A stretch of 63,839 bases of DNA, counting the filler, from Phoronis australis (Eukaryota > Animalia > Phoronida), in the NCBI GenBank assembly GCA_002633005.1. It is 9 parts of 9 records of this genome, joined end to end, with 100 filler letters (N's around TTAATTAATTAA, not from the genome) between each part and the next. Parts side by side here need not be neighbours in the genome. Positions count along the whole stretch, not along the records: positions 62,578 to 63,839 come from NMRA01001589.1; 8 more parts are not named here. One strand, written 5' to 3'. This document shows, one piece after another, positions 63,221-63,839 of this stretch. Made by a program: the position numbers and the translations under genes. The first letter of the stretch is position 1. Each line of letters opens with the position of its first letter. The notes under the pieces were generated by a model. The model ran no database searches and was not told where the DNA came from. It saw only the letters and a program-made list of their open reading frames with translations.

Positions 63221-63839
63221 GTAAGCATTAGAGTGTCACGTGTTTAAATAATCTGTTTTTGTGTTACCATACCGGAGACCCGCCCTTTGACACATGCACG
63301 CCGTGGGCGTACGTAAGGAATGTTACTGCAAGGACGCACTGGGCGTGCATTTGGAAAAAAAATATGCATGATTAGTCCTAAACAATGTCCCAGGTTTATT
63401 TAATTCATGGACATCAAAATTAGCTACACTCCGAAACCCTATAGTCGTCCGCCTAAGCATAAAACCGGCTTGTTGTCTTACTCACCCAATTATTCCATTT
63501 CAAAGTTATGATCTGAATAGGACTTGATTTAACTCTCACAAATATATAGTATTCGTTGATTCAAACGTTTTCTTTTACTTAAGCCGAGTTGTTCAACTGT
63601 GCATTGGTTTTCGGCAGCCATTTTATAATGACACCTATGGTCGTCATGTGCTGCCGCCTTTTGAAAGGACAGAAAACCACACAGAAAAAGGCCAAGAAAA
63701 TAGTGGAAAGTGGTTTACAGCAACTCTACTTCAACCACAAACTGTTTTACTGGTATGATATCGATTTTTAAATCGATTAAAATTGATTTAGAATTTCAGT
63801 TCTGGAAAATAAATCACAATTGTTTTATTCCAGGCAGAC

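Overview
Eukaryotic (metazoan, probably marine invertebrate) genomic DNA, not one contiguous locus. Eight 100-nt artificial spacers (44 N + TTAATTAATTAA + 44 N) join nine contigs, so adjacency across a spacer means nothing. Most ORFs in the supplied track are spurious. Host genes are spliced: three exons of RAD50, exons of an SLC49A4/DIRC2-type MFS transporter, a receptor PTP-type ectodomain, a SABATH-like methyltransferase exon, the 3' end of a CaaX-terminated Roco-like protein, and a near-complete Cys-rich, probably GPI-anchored protein gene. The rest is dense with transposons. These include a 4974-bp Kolobok element (perfect TIRs, TTAA TSD) with THAP-transposase remnants converging on a KolX/P2X7-ballast-like gene, and a second Kolobok family with the opposite (divergent) gene layout. 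Also present are a CCGTA-terminated Tc1/mariner-type element carrying a HIRAN-domain ORF, Helentron-type HINEs with arrays of CTCF-like motifs, hAT5-like MITEs with 5-bp TSDs (one larger relative carries a tRNA-like unit), Penelope-like elements and CR1/L2 LINE fragments. All calls come from manual reading and motif recognition; no searches were run.
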